DNA from: Caecitellus pseudoparvulus
Taxonomy: Eukaryota; Protista; Bigyra: Bicosoecida
DNA length: 64,000 nucleotides
NCBI GenBank assembly: GCA_965644315.1
Contig: CBFFRQ010000180.1
Span: 1-64,000 of the forward strand
Reading direction: 5' to 3'
Notes under the pieces: generated by a model
Told to the model about the DNA's origin: nothing
The model's database searches: none
What the model saw: only the letters and a program-made list of their open reading frames with translations
Shown here: piece by piece, positions 50,680 through 61,573 of the stretch
Position numbering within the stretch: position 1 is the first letter of the stretch
Layout of the letters: every line of letters starts with the position of its first letter
Program-made: the position numbers and the translations under genes

Positions 50680-52080
50680 ATGGCAGCAAGCAGCGTTGGC
50701 GGCGGGGGCACGTCAGCGCCAGCCCTGCTGCCACACGCGCCTTCCATTCCAGCTGCACCCTCGCGCCAGCTGTGTGCCAGAGCTGTCACTGCACCCCTTT
50801 GGGTATGGCTGGTGCTGTTCGTTGCAATTACGTGCATGTCAGCTGGTATGGCCGCAGCCCGCGCATGTTGCCCTGGGCAGTGCATTCTGAGCAGCACACG
50901 AATTCCGCACCACCTTCGATGTGCAGGAGGTGTGCTGTTCGCCCTGATGAAAGGCGTGCCGCCCTTCAACAAGGCTGCTTGGCGGCTGTGGTGGACAAGT
51001 TTCCTGCAGCTGGTCCCCTTTGCGCTGCAGACCTGGCACCGCACACAGGGAGGCGGCGGGATTTCGTCACATGCAGAGGCACAACAAAGTGCCACAACCA
51101 CTGTGGCCGCCACACATCGCGTGCCGCCGCAGCGCATGCCGCCGGCTCGGCCCAAGAAACCCTCACGGCGTGCCTTTTGGAGGCGGTGGTGGGCCAGTCT
51201 CCCTGGCCTTTGTGCCATCGGCTGCGTGCTGGCTCTGCACTTTGGAGCTTGGAGCTGGTCCGTCAACCACACGACCCTGGCGCGGAGCCTGTTGTTCGTG
51301 ACGACACACCCCATGCTGGGAGTCCTGGGGAGTCTCTCAGCCGCGGGCATTCTTCTTATCGCCAGGCACACGTGTGGCACAGGGCTTTGGCCTTCCGCCT
51401 GGCACCCACGCTGGCCAACTGGTCTCGAACTTCTGGGCACCACGGTCGCCCTCGCCGGCGCTGCAGCCATGGTGCTGCCAGATGCAGATGAGGGGACTGG
51501 CGCAAACTCCAGCGCTCCATCCCTTGCAGGAGACGCCGCTGCCGTGCTGGGCGCCGCTGCCATGGCGGTGTACTTGTGGGCGGGCGCGGCGGCGAGGAAG
51601 TGGCAGCCGCTGTGGTTGTACGCATTCCCTGTCACCCTCTCGGCAGCTGTGACTGCCTCCCTCGCCAGCTGGGCAGCGGAGCCCGGCATTTCCCTGGCAG
51701 GCTCTGGCGGCCTGGGCCTGTTTGGCTGGGCAGCAGGCGGGCGCCTCACGACGCTGGCCTTTCTCTCCGGCTTCGTGTCTGGCATCCTGGGGCACTCCCT
51801 CGCCATCCTCGCCCTGGCCCACCTCCCACCCCTCATCGTCTCTGTGAGTTTGCTCTTGGAGCCACTGCTGGGTTCGCTCATCGGCTGGGCTTTGGGAGAG
51901 CAAGGTGTGCCCAGCGCGTGGACAGCTCTGGGCGGCTCGCTTCTGCTGATGGGGGTGGCAGCCATCACTGTGGGCCAGCCCCCAGTCGCTGATAGTGGCG
52001 GTGGTCCGGACACCCCAGTGTGTGTCAGGTCTGATGCAGGGCGTCCCAAGGCAGGCAGGCCCGCTGTGCGTGCAGTGTGA
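50680..52080 (+). CDS. DMT/EamA-family transporter (host; may contain an in-frame intron)
   Basis: About ten hydrophobic helices; LALHFGAWSWS, GD...VLGA, GILGH, SVSLLLEP..GSLIG. Confidence 0.85.
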   Translation: MAASSVGGGGTSAPALLPHAPSIPAAPSRQLCARAVTAPLWVWLVLFVAITCMSAGMAAARACCPGQCILSSTRIPHHLRCAGGVLFALMKGVPPFNKAAWRLWWTSFLQLVPFALQTWHRTQGGGGISSHAEAQQSATTTVAATHRVPPQRMPPARPKKPSRRAFWRRWWASLPGLCAIGCVLALHFGAWSWSVNHTTLARSLLFVTTHPMLGVLGSLSAAGILLIARHTCGTGLWPSAWHPRWPTGLELLGTTVALAGAAAMVLPDADEGTGANSSAPSLAGDAAAVLGAAAMAVYLWAGAAARKWQPLWLYAFPVTLSAAVTASLASWAAEPGISLAGSGGLGLFGWAAGGRLTTLAFLSGFVSGILGHSLAILALAHLPPLIVSVSLLLEPLLGSLIGWALGEQGVPSAWTALGGSLLLMGVAAITVGQPPVADSGGGPDTPVCVRSDAGRPKAGRPAVRAV

Positions 52081-52081
52081 A

Positions 52082-52128
52082 TTCAAGAGGCACCCGGGCA
52101 GGACCTGCCTTGTGAGCGCCTCCATCGT
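52082..52128 (-). promoter_or_regulatory. SECIS-like element (type II) in the 3' UTR of the selenoprotein S gene
   Basis: Minus strand: ACGAU-GGAGGCGCUC-ACAA-GGCAG guc CUGCC-C-GGGUGCCUCU-UGAA; GA/GA core, 10-bp helix, unpaired AA, mini-stem. Core is ACGA rather than AUGA; lower helix not obvious. Confidence 0.6.
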
Positions 52129-52245
52129 GAGTGCGGGAAGCGGGCATGTTCCTGCCCGCTTCCCGCGCTGCGTTAACAAAAAGCAACAATCCGCCAACCC
52201 CCCCCAGACAAAGCGCTGTGCGCAGCCATGTGGCCAGCACAGCGC

Positions 52246-52779
52246 TTACCCTCAGCCGCCTCGCTTGCGCAGCGCCGCGCGGCGGTCTGCCCCCCACCGA
52301 ACTGGCCTCTTGCCGCCACCTCCACCCGCTGCAGAAGTGGCGGAATGGCGTTGACCGCATGTCTGCGGTGCAAGCATGCGTAGCGCGGGAAACTCACGAG
52401 GAATGATGGGGCAGAGCTTCTTCTCTTCTTTGGCCTTGGCAGCAGCACGCTCTTTGAGCTCTTGGCGTTTCTCTTCGCTCATGGCGGCAAACTTCGCTGC
52501 TTGAGCCTCGCGGACACGGCGACGGTCTTCGTCCAAGACTGCCACGCGGTCTGGAGCCGTTGCCTCGGCCCTGGACCTGGACATGCGCCACTCGTGCAGC
52601 TGGCGCTGCACTGAAGGGGCCACCGTGACGTAGATGACCACCGCCAGGACGATCCACCAACCGTACTGTTCAAAGAAAGCTGCGATGGGCGTCAAGACTG
52701 GGTCAATCCCCAGCCAGGATGAGGGCGCCTCTGACGCCGCTTCAACAGCCGCGGCATCGTCAGGCTTGCGCACGTCCAT
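52246..52779 (-). CDS. SELENOS: Selenoprotein S-like membrane protein (UGA = Sec in C-terminal GGUG)
   Basis: YGWWIVL single TM, coiled coil, Gly/Arg-rich tail; codons GGC GGC TGA GGG TAA; probable 69-nt intron 52329-52397. Confidence 0.8.
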
Positions 52780-53165
52780 GGCTCCGAAACGCAAGCCCAC
52801 GAAACGCAGCTCCCACACTGCACCACCAGCCGCCTGCACTCAGTGGGAGACGCAGAATGAGACAGCACACGAGCATTCTCATGCCCGGGCTGCTATCGTG
52901 TGCATGCATTTTGCACTACGCTCAATTTCTTGGAGCTGCCGTACAGGAGCCGCTTGAGCCCCCTCAACACGCCGAGAGAGTGCAGGCACAGTAACCCTCT
53001 CCCGCAACAAGTGATCGCCGCAGCTAAATCACACAAGTGCACGCCCTGTCCGCTTGCATCATTGCCAGCTTCGCCCCGCCTGCTGCTCACCCGCCCCAGC
53101 ACTGGCTGCCCGAGTGTCGCAGTGCCTGCTGCACGCTTTTCACCCCGCCTCCTCACACCGCCAAC

Positions 53166-54069
53166 ATGGCCAAGGGAGACAAGGACGTAACGAAAGGCAT
53201 GAGCCTGCTGGAGCGCAACTTCTGCGCCTACGCTGAGTGCGTGCGACGCTGCGCTGCAGATCTTGCGGAAGTTGCGGGACTTGACACGCCGCTGAGCTCA
53301 CGTGATGCCCTCTGTCGTGTGGCGTCTCAGGTACCACTGGGACCCCATCAACCAGTGGATCCACATCATTTTTGTCCCATGCATCTTCTGGTCCGCTGCT
53401 GTGATGCTTGGACATGTCAGTGAGTGCACAGCCACGCCTCCTCACCCCGTCGGGCTGGCTCCCGCAGCAAGTTGCAACATGGCCTCGCGTGCCTGCCTCC
53501 AGGTCCTGTCGTGGACAAGGTCGCGCCTGAACTGGCCCAGCACTTCCCCCTGGGGGGTGTCTTTGGAGACAACCTCTCCCTCCTCCCCTTGGTTTTGTAT
53601 GCTTCCTTCTACGTCATCCTCGGCTTCTCTGACGGCAAGGCTTGGCTGGGGTTCCTGGCAGCGAGCATGATCACTGGCCTCGTTGCTGCTGCAAACATTT
53701 TCCTGACGCAGTACAGCGCGCCCGAGAGCATGCCCTTTGCCACTGTGTGGAACGTCGCCATTGCCCTGCACATCTTCGGGTGGGCAGTGCAGTTCTACGG
53801 CCACGGTGCGTGGTGTCCACTGTCGAAACATTCGCTCCGCGCCGTACCCCACGACCCACCTTTCCCCACACTCTGCAGGAGTCCACGAGGGCCGCAGCCC
53901 TGCTCTACTGGACAACTTGTTCCAGGCTATCTTCGCGGCGCCCATTTTCGTGCTTATGGAAGTGCTCATGAAGCTGGGCTTCCTCCTGGAGTTCAAGGGC
54001 AAGGTCGCCTCCCACGTGGAGCAAGCCATCGCCAAGTTCAAGGCCAGCAAAGGGAAGAAGGCCAACTGA
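53166..54069 (+). CDS. Mpo1/DUF962-family membrane protein (host, three introns)
   Basis: YH.DPINQWIHIIFVP; GWAVQFYGH; HEGRSPALLDNLFQA..APIFVLME. Confidence 0.9.
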
Positions 54070-54380
54070 ATTCTTCGACCGCTTCTGGAACGGTACAAAT
54101 GCAGCTATTGAAAGCGATTGAGCAGCCTGCCTCACCCGAGTGGGCCCCAGTTGACCCCCTCCAAGGAGCCGCCCTGCTCAGCCAGCGCGTCACCTCAAAA
54201 ACCCCTCCGCCAAGCAAACCCACATCACAAGTCACACGCATTAGTGAACTTTCAGGGATAGCTTAACATCCCAGCTGTCGCTTCCTCCAGTGTGCCAGCT
54301 CAAGGTAGACGCGGGAAGACCCCGCAATTTCCGCGCCAAACCGTGCTCACACCGACCCCCTTCACAAGCGCGCTTCAAGC

Positions 54381-56569
54381 ATGGCAGCCCTTGACCTGTC
54401 GGTGACAGGGACAGGTGTTAAGCCTGGCCCCAGTAGTACACGGCAGAAATCACGCGCCAAAGGGCTGCAGAGCTCCAGGGTGAGTATGCTAGGGCGTTTC
54501 TGGAGTCAACGAGCCGCGCCATCCCTGAATACGTTGCAAGCACGGGGCGAGCAGGGAGCTTTCCCCAGCCCCTTCCGATACAACTTCAGACACTTCTTAC
54601 ACTGCTTCGCCCTTACAGGTACCCATGCTGGACAGCGCGACAGCGCTGAGCATAATGGAGGACAAGCTGTGCTCCCGATACAAGAGCGTCAAGGACGCCT
54701 TCGTGCACATGGACTACGATCTGGATGGCCGCATTTCCGCCGCAGAGTTCAGAGTCACTCTGGATCTCATGGGGCTTGTCATGTCGGACGAGGAGTTCCT
54801 CAGGCTGTGGCAGTACTTCGACACGGAGGGTGTCGGGTTCCTGAACTACACCGCATTCAACAACAAGGTGGGAGCCATGATCCACCCCCCGATCACCAAG
54901 CCTGTGATCGACCGGCCCCAAACCCCTCGAGTACGCCGTGCAAATGCCAAGCGGATCGCTTCCCGACTCAAGAAGACCATGCTCAACTTGCGCGACGCGT
55001 TCAACATGATCGACTCAGACCACAGCGGGCGCATCTCACACGCTGAGTTCATCCAGGCCCTGCGACATGTTGGACTGAACAAAATTGGGCATGATCAGAG
55101 TTACGAGCTCATGGTGAAGGTGAGGAGGCCAGGCAGGGACGGCCCGCCGCCCACGCCCGCCCTTGTGTTCGCAAGTACACGCCGACGCGCCCGCCTTCGC
55201 TGCGCAGCACAAGCCTGCCGACGACTTGGAGGACGGAATAACGTACGAGACGTTCGTCAAGACGATGGAGGACTACTTGAACTGTGAGAGAACATGCCAG
55301 CCGTATGCTGGCAGCGCGGCTCGCACTGCTCCAGCACTGCTACGCTACGCAGATGATGCAGCGGAGGCCAACGCACAAGCCGCAGGAGTCTACGACGAAG
55401 AGCCACTGCTAAGCTTGAACCACGCTGAGAAGCTGCTCGCTGAAAAGCTGTGGGGCAAGTTCGCCGCCGTTCAGCGAGCGTTCCGTGCCTTCGACTCAGA
55501 CAAGTCCGGCGCCCTGTCGTACGATGAGTTCAGAGCAGCCTTGCGCACGCTGGGCGTCAACCTGTCAGACCCAGACTTCAAGGAGCTAGTCCTCAAGTAC
55601 GACACAAACGGGGACGGAGAAATCTCCTACGACGAGTTCAACGCAGTTGTCGGCCCACTCATCCACCCCGAAGCCATCAACACCAACAAGTTGCACCAAA
55701 CCATGATGGAGCACGCTGGCGCACAGACAAGCGCCTTGCATTACAGGCCAGATGCCAAACTCGGAGCGGCCAAAATCAAAAAGGTCATGAGCCTTGAGGA
55801 ACGCGCAGCCATGGTGGCTCCGATCCTTGGCCTGATGCAGTGCGAAACGATATTTGCACAGTCGCTGTTCGGGCGCTACAAGGAGCTTGCGGCCGCTTTC
55901 CGGGAAGCAGACGTTGATGGCTCAGGGGAGCTGTCAAAATCTGAGTTCCACGCCCTGCTACGAAGCTTGGGTGTGAAGATGGCGGACGAACACATCGCGC
56001 AGCTCGTGGACAAGTACGACCAGAACGGCGATGGAGGGATCAGCTATGACGAGCTGGCCGCGCGACTGGGGCCCCTCATGAAGGGTGGAGATCATGCAGC
56101 TGCTGCCCTTGGCATGCACATTGAGGTCGAGGGCGCGAAGCCTGTCTCTTCGTACGCTGGCAGCCGCGGCAGCACGGCTGCTGAGAGCAAGCACAGCGCC
56201 TTCGCTCAGGGCGGGAAACGCACGCCCCGGAAGGATGTAGACTGGGACCGCATGTCCTTTGACGATGCTGCATCTGTATCGACCTTGTCCACATCCGCCG
56301 TCGATGTCAAGGGCGTCGAGGCGCGCATGCGACGAGTCTTGGGCCGCTCCTGGATGAGCGTGTACAAAGGTTTGCAGAAAGAACAGGTGTCAGGCTCAGT
56401 CTCCAGCGACCGTTTCCGGGACCTCATGGCCAAGAGGGGTGTCCCTCTCACGTCAAAGGAGGTGCGCGCGCTGGGGCGAGCCCATGGTGTGCCCGCCGCT
56501 GCTGCAACGGGCGGCATTCCGTACGAGGATGTCATGCGGGCGACGTTCTCGAAGGGTGCGGGACTGTAA
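54381..56569 (+). CDS. Multi-EF-hand calcium-binding protein (host, spliced)
   Basis: DYDLDGRISAAE, DSDHSGRISHAE, DSDKSGALSYDE, DTNGDGEISYDE, DVDGSGELSKSE, DQNGDGGISYDE. Confidence 0.9.
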
Positions 56570-56640
56570 TGCATGCACATTGCGGTGAATTTCCATGCGG
56601 TACAAAAGAGTCTACGCCCCGTCGTCGTGCCGGAGACACC

Positions 56641-59600
56641 TCAGGATCCCCCTTGCCCTCGCCCTCGCCCACCCCTGCCACCTCGTCCACGCCCACGCCC
56701 TCGCCCTCGCCCTCGCCCTCGCCCTCGCCCTCGCCCCCGGCCACCGCCCTTCTCGTGCCCTGCACCTTCCCCGTGTCTTTGCGCTTTTCCTCGCGCGGCT
56801 CTTCCTCGTGCACTCCCACGTCCACGTCCACGTCCACGTCCAGCTGACCCATGGGTGGACGCCCCAGCGTGCCCGCCATGCCTTGCAGGCGGCCTGGAGG
56901 TCAGCAAGATCCCAGGAGCCGGCGCGCGCCTGTGGCCGGTTGCCTTCGACCCAGCACACAGCATGTCCAAAAAGCCGCTGACAACCTTGGAAGCTTGTTC
57001 TGTTTCCCCTCCACTGATCTTTCTATGATACGGCGTCAGGCGCGAGAGAATAAGGAGGGCGAAAGCTTTGGACAGCTCCGCTCTAAGCAAGGCCATGCCA
57101 GCAGCTACACCCGGCGGTGCAGCGTACGCAAGCCAGGAGTTGAGGCCCACAACCACTTCACCTGGGCGGGAGTCTGACTTGTACAGCACCCAGCGCTCAA
57201 GAGCCTCGGCGTCGACTGACTCTGCGTCTGTCTGGGCACAGGCCTGTCCCCCACCGACAGTTTCCCAACCGGATTCCTCCAGCTCGTCGTCGCGTGCAGG
57301 TCGAGAGGGCGCAAGACTCGCGATGATCTCTCCGTCGCTGTCCACAGCCGCTGCAGCACCCCGAGCTCCGCCGCCAGTCATCAGATCTGTGCGTGCCGCG
57401 GCTGCCGAAGCGTTCCAGCTGCCTGCCTCCGAGGTGGCATGTGCAACGTGCAGCTCTTTCATGGACCGCTTGTGGGCCCTGCCAGCCTTGAACAGCATGC
57501 TTCCAACAGCTGATGCAAGGCTGCCGGGCAAGGACTCGTCTTCGTCGCTGCTGTCCGCAGATGGCGAGCCGGATGGAGGCCGCTTCGCGGCTTGGCCTTG
57601 CTTTGCCAACACCTGCTCCAAGGATTCCGCTTCCAGCGCTGGCAGGCTGGACAAATCAAGGCTGTCCGACGAGTCTCGCCCAGCAAGCACCAGCAAAGCC
57701 AGGAGAGGAACGTTGCTCAGGTTTCGGATGGTGTTCTTCCTTCCTAGTCGTGTGAGCTCTTCGTAGGCCACAAGGATGCCGCCTTGCTGCTGGGCTTGGG
57801 AGGTCTGACTTGCCAGCGTGCGGCCGATGAGGGAGCTTCGGTGCACGGCCGCTGAGTCGACAGCATCCACTCTCACGGTGGGAAACCGTGCAGGCTTCTG
57901 TGGCAGGAACCGTGCAATGCGAGGGTACATGCCCACAGCCAAGGCCGCTTGCACCACCTCCAGTTGCCTGGCCGAGCGATTCATGAAGCCGCGAGGCCCC
58001 ACCTCGGATTTAAACACCACCTTGGCAGAGAGAAGTTCCTGCAACACCTGGTGCCGCATGCCCTCCACCATCATCAGCGCCGGGAAGGAGAGGAAGTTTG
58101 CGCGGCAATACCCATGTGCTGCGCTCATGCCACCACGGCGCTTGGCCGCTGCGTAGCCGTCAAAAGCGCCCAGCATGGCCAAGTGGTCGGACCCTGTGCC
58201 TCCCGACATGGATGCGCGAATGGCAGTGGCCCGTGCCTGGTCCCCTGCGCGTGTGGCCAGTGCAAAGGGGCTGCGGTACGACACAGTGCAGGCGATGGTG
58301 AGGACTGGGTCCAGCACGCCCAGTAGGCAGCCGATGAGGATCATCTTGCCCATGTCTGGCGGGACGGGCATGTGCAGGAGCGCTCTGCCGAGGGGGGTCA
58401 GGCGCTGCCTGACGCAATCTTGACCTCCCACAGCTACAGAGTGCTGGTGCAGCGCTCCCAACTGCACAAGCAGGCGCACTGCCCGCTGCACACTCAACGC
58501 AAGGGGGGGCTCAGGGGCCGTGGCCATGAACGCTTCAATTTCCCCAGAAACAGCGCGTGAGGCGCCAGGGCTGCTTGCTCCTCCCCCCGACAGACCTTGA
58601 ACATCGCCGAGGTCCAAGGCTTTGACCCGAAGGCACAGCTCCTCCAGTGGGGTGCTGAGCATCTCGGCGATGTCGTGGGGGTTCAGCGCTGCGTGCCGCG
58701 ACCTGGAGAAGAGGTGGTACGCAATGCCTGGGCGCACACGACCGGCCCGTCCTGCACGCTGTCGAGCGCTTGCCTGGGATACCCACCGCGACTTAAGGGA
58801 CGAGCAGCCTGTATAGGGGTCAAACATCTTGGACTTCCCCTTTCCAGAGTCGATCACGTACACGACGTCGTCGATGGTGATGGACGTCTCGGCAATGTTG
58901 GTGGACAGGACGACCTTGGTCTTGCCTTTAGGGGGCTTCCGGAACACTTGCCGCTGCTCTGAAGTGGGGATAGCTGAGTGCAGAGGGAGCACCCACGTCA
59001 GGCTGTTAAGGTAGGGGTGCTCCTCGATGAGGGCCTGCGTTCGGGAGATGTCATCCCACCCAGGGAGGAAGACTAGGATGGCACCAGCGACTGCGTCTGC
59101 ACGCGCTGCGCCCTGCTGGTGCTGCACAATGGACTCCACCAAGGCTGTGATGAGGTCACAGTCAACATTTTCGTCGTCGTGCAGTCCCATGTACTGCTGT
59201 AGCAGCGCCTGCACAGGGTCGGACTCGGCGGCTTCCTCCAGCGCCTCCTGCGCGTCGGCGTGCTTAAGGCGGCCTCTCTTGTCCCGGGATCTACCCTCAG
59301 TTTCAGTTGCCAGTGCTGCCATGAGGCTACCGAGGCTGTTTGTAGGGGCATCCACCGGGGGAGGCGGCGGCCGAGCAGCGGTGGTTGCCATGGCGCTCCC
59401 TGCGCAGGAGGGATCCAGGAAAGCTTCCGCGGAGAGCGCAGAGGATGGTTTCTGGGCGTCCCCTGATGAAGGTGCAGCGGGCTTGCCTTGAGGGAGGCCG
59501 TCGGGCACTGTGCCGGGCCCTTGGCACAGGGCCACGTGAGTTGCGAAGTCTCCCACAGAGTCCAGGACATACTTGCACAACTTGCACTGGTAGTCCACAT

Positions 59601-61017
59601 CCCGAGCCACCCCCGCCAACTCCGCGTCGTCATCTTCACCAAGGCCCAGCGCGGGCGCTGTAGCGCTGCGGCCTGTGCCGCCGACGCCCAAGTCCAGGAT
59701 GTCCGCGGATGCCAGGCTGTCTGCCACCAGGTCTTCCTCGGGGAAGAGTCGGGAAAAGTCCAGCCCCTCCATGCCGGTGGGCACCGCATATCCCTGGCTT
59801 CGGAGGCTGTCCACCACCGCGCTCTGCACCTTTGACACAGCTGCCGCCTTGTGCGTGCCGGCCCCCACTTTGCTGAGATACCCCGTCTGCAGCAGAACAT
59901 CCTCCAAGAAGTACTCAGCAACAGAGTGCACTGCGCCGGGAATGTGCACCGACGTGACAGGCTGGCGTGTGTCTGAGGGGGCCATGGGCACGTCAGCAAA
60001 GTACGACGTGAACAGCTCCAGCTGCAATGTCGCTGACATGAGGATGACTGTGAGGTCTGGCCGACTGGGAAGCACCCGGCGCAGCACCATGAGCAGGAAA
60101 TCGCTTTCGCAGGAGCGTTCGTGCACTTCGTCCAGCACCACATGAGTCACGCCGGTAAGCAGCGGGTCTGCCGTCAGACGCCGCAACAGCACGCCGGTCG
60201 TGCAGAAGAGACACTGTGTGGAGTCGGACGCGACCTTGTCCAGGCGCACGGCGTACCCGATGGTCTGCCCCACCTTCTCGCAGCGCTCGTCGGCGACACG
60301 CTCTGCCAGGGACACAGCCGAGATGCGGCGCGGCTGGGAAACCAGGACGTTGGCTGACAGGCCCAGCGTGCTGTCCTCCAGGATGAACTGGGGCACCTGG
60401 GTACTCTTGCCGCAGCCAGTGTCGCCGGACACGACGACGACACGGGCTGAAGAGACGGCCTCGATGACAGCGTCCCGGACATTCCAGGCTGGAAGGCGCT
60501 GGCGCTGGCTCTGCATGCTGCGCCACGCTGGCTTGCTCGCCCTGCGGGCAGCCACAGCGGCAAAGCCGTCCTTCGTCATTGGTGTTGGCGCGGCGTGGGG
60601 GCGCCGACGCTTGCTGCCCCCTTTCTGGTCCACTCCCTGGCTCATCCACTGTACGTCGCGGGGTGTGACATCCAGAGAGGGGCCCTCCACAGCCCTCCTC
60701 TCCAAAGAAGCCACCACGTCAGCTGGAAGAGCCAGACGCGGAACCTCCAAGGGCAGCGCACGCGCTTGGGTGTCGAATCGCGAAACGCGCAGTTGCCTTG
60801 CCTGACCTTTGCCGTGACTCTTGGACTTCAAGCCCAGCTCGTCGCAGAGGTCGTGCACGAACTTCCGCTCTTGTGGCGTGAGGGTGTGGGGGAAGGAAAT
60901 GTACTCATCCGCAGACTTGTCGCGGAACTCCTCGAGGGCCTTGGTCGCTGTCATCCGGAAGGCTTCGGATATGCCCATACCAACGCCACCCTTGGCAGGT
61001 CGCTTGCCCCTTCCCAT
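56641..61017 (-). CDS. R3H-containing DEAH-box RNA helicase (YTHDC2/DHX36-like group) (host)
   Basis: R3H (ERKFVH..C..LGLKSKS.G); GDTGCGKSTQ; QPRRISA; DEVHER; MSAT; ILVFLPGW; TNIAETSITIDDV; QRAGRAGR; RG-repeat tail. Confidence 0.93.
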   Translation of the reverse strand: MGRGKRPAKGGVGMGISEAFRMTATKALEEFRDKSADEYISFPHTLTPQERKFVHDLCDELGLKSKSHGKGQARQLRVSRFDTQARALPLEVPRLALPADVVASLERRAVEGPSLDVTPRDVQWMSQGVDQKGGSKRRRPHAAPTPMTKDGFAAVAARRASKPAWRSMQSQRQRLPAWNVRDAVIEAVSSARVVVVSGDTGCGKSTQVPQFILEDSTLGLSANVLVSQPRRISAVSLAERVADERCEKVGQTIGYAVRLDKVASDSTQCLFCTTGVLLRRLTADPLLTGVTHVVLDEVHERSCESDFLLMVLRRVLPSRPDLTVILMSATLQLELFTSYFADVPMAPSDTRQPVTSVHIPGAVHSVAEYFLEDVLLQTGYLSKVGAGTHKAAAVSKVQSAVVDSLRSQGYAVPTGMEGLDFSRLFPEEDLVADSLASADILDLGVGGTGRSATAPALGLGEDDDAELAGVARDVDYQCKLCKYVLDSVGDFATHVALCQGPGTVPDGLPQGKPAAPSSGDAQKPSSALSAEAFLDPSCAGSAMATTAARPPPPPVDAPTNSLGSLMAALATETEGRSRDKRGRLKHADAQEALEEAAESDPVQALLQQYMGLHDDENVDCDLITALVESIVQHQQGAARADAVAGAILVFLPGWDDISRTQALIEEHPYLNSLTWVLPLHSAIPTSEQRQVFRKPPKGKTKVVLSTNIAETSITIDDVVYVIDSGKGKSKMFDPYTGCSSLKSRWVSQASARQRAGRAGRVRPGIAYHLFSRSRHAALNPHDIAEMLSTPLEELCLRVKALDLGDVQGLSGGGASSPGASRAVSGEIEAFMATAPEPPLALSVQRAVRLLVQLGALHQHSVAVGGQDCVRQRLTPLGRALLHMPVPPDMGKMILIGCLLGVLDPVLTIACTVSYRSPFALATRAGDQARATAIRASMSGGTGSDHLAMLGAFDGYAAAKRRGGMSAAHGYCRANFLSFPALMMVEGMRHQVLQELLSAKVVFKSEVGPRGFMNRSARQLEVVQAALAVGMYPRIARFLPQKPARFPTVRVDAVDSAAVHRSSLIGRTLASQTSQAQQQGGILVAYEELTRLGRKNTIRNLSNVPLLALLVLAGRDSSDSLDLSSLPALEAESLEQVLAKQGQAAKRPPSGSPSADSSDEDESLPGSLASAVGSMLFKAGRAHKRSMKELHVAHATSEAGSWNASAAAARTDLMTGGGARGAAAAVDSDGEIIASLAPSRPARDDELEESGWETVGGGQACAQTDAESVDAEALERWVLYKSDSRPGEVVVGLNSWLAYAAPPGVAAGMALLRAELSKAFALLILSRLTPYHRKISGGETEQASKVVSGFLDMLCAGSKATGHRRAPAPGILLTSRPPARHGGHAGASTHGSAGRGRGRGRGSARGRAARGKAQRHGEGAGHEKGGGRGRGRGRGRGRGRGRGRGRGGRGGRGRGQGGS

Positions 61018-61573
61018 GCTTGACCTGCCAGCCTTCGTTGTGACGGCCGCCTGAGAGGCTTTGCCAGGCACTGGCAGGAACTTGAAACGCGCGAGAAACG
61101 CCGAGGAGTGGAGCAATGCACCCCGCTATTGACGCAGGCTTGCCGAACTGTGCGTGGAAAGGAAGATTGAGGGTTATTTTGGCGAATCGTTTGTTTTGGT
61201 ACTGGTGTTTGTGTCTGGAACTCCGTATGGGGTGTGGGGGGGGGGGTGAGCCAGGGAGCTGAAAGGCTGGTCAGGAGCTGGCCACCCCGCCGAGGAAAGC
61301 GAGCAAGGGGGGCCACACAGGAGGGCTGGCGATGCAGAGTGCGCTCGTGCACACTCCTCCACGCCCTTGCCTCCGCCCCTCCCTCGTGCCCCCACGCCCC
61401 AGCTGTCCATCGAAGCCCGCTTCGCTGTCCCTGCCACGTGCGTACCTTGCTGCCGAGAGCAGCGCCACTGACCGCTCTCGCGCACTCTGGCTCAGCGTGC
61501 GGCTCAGTCGTTGGTGAAGTCTGACCATGAATGCTTGCGGCGTTCACCGTGCACAGATTCCCCCAAAGTCACC

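Noticed and set aside
56655-56842. (CCCTCG)n and (CACGTC)n microsatellites as independent repeats
   Set aside because: They encode the RG-repeat tail of the helicase on the minus strand.
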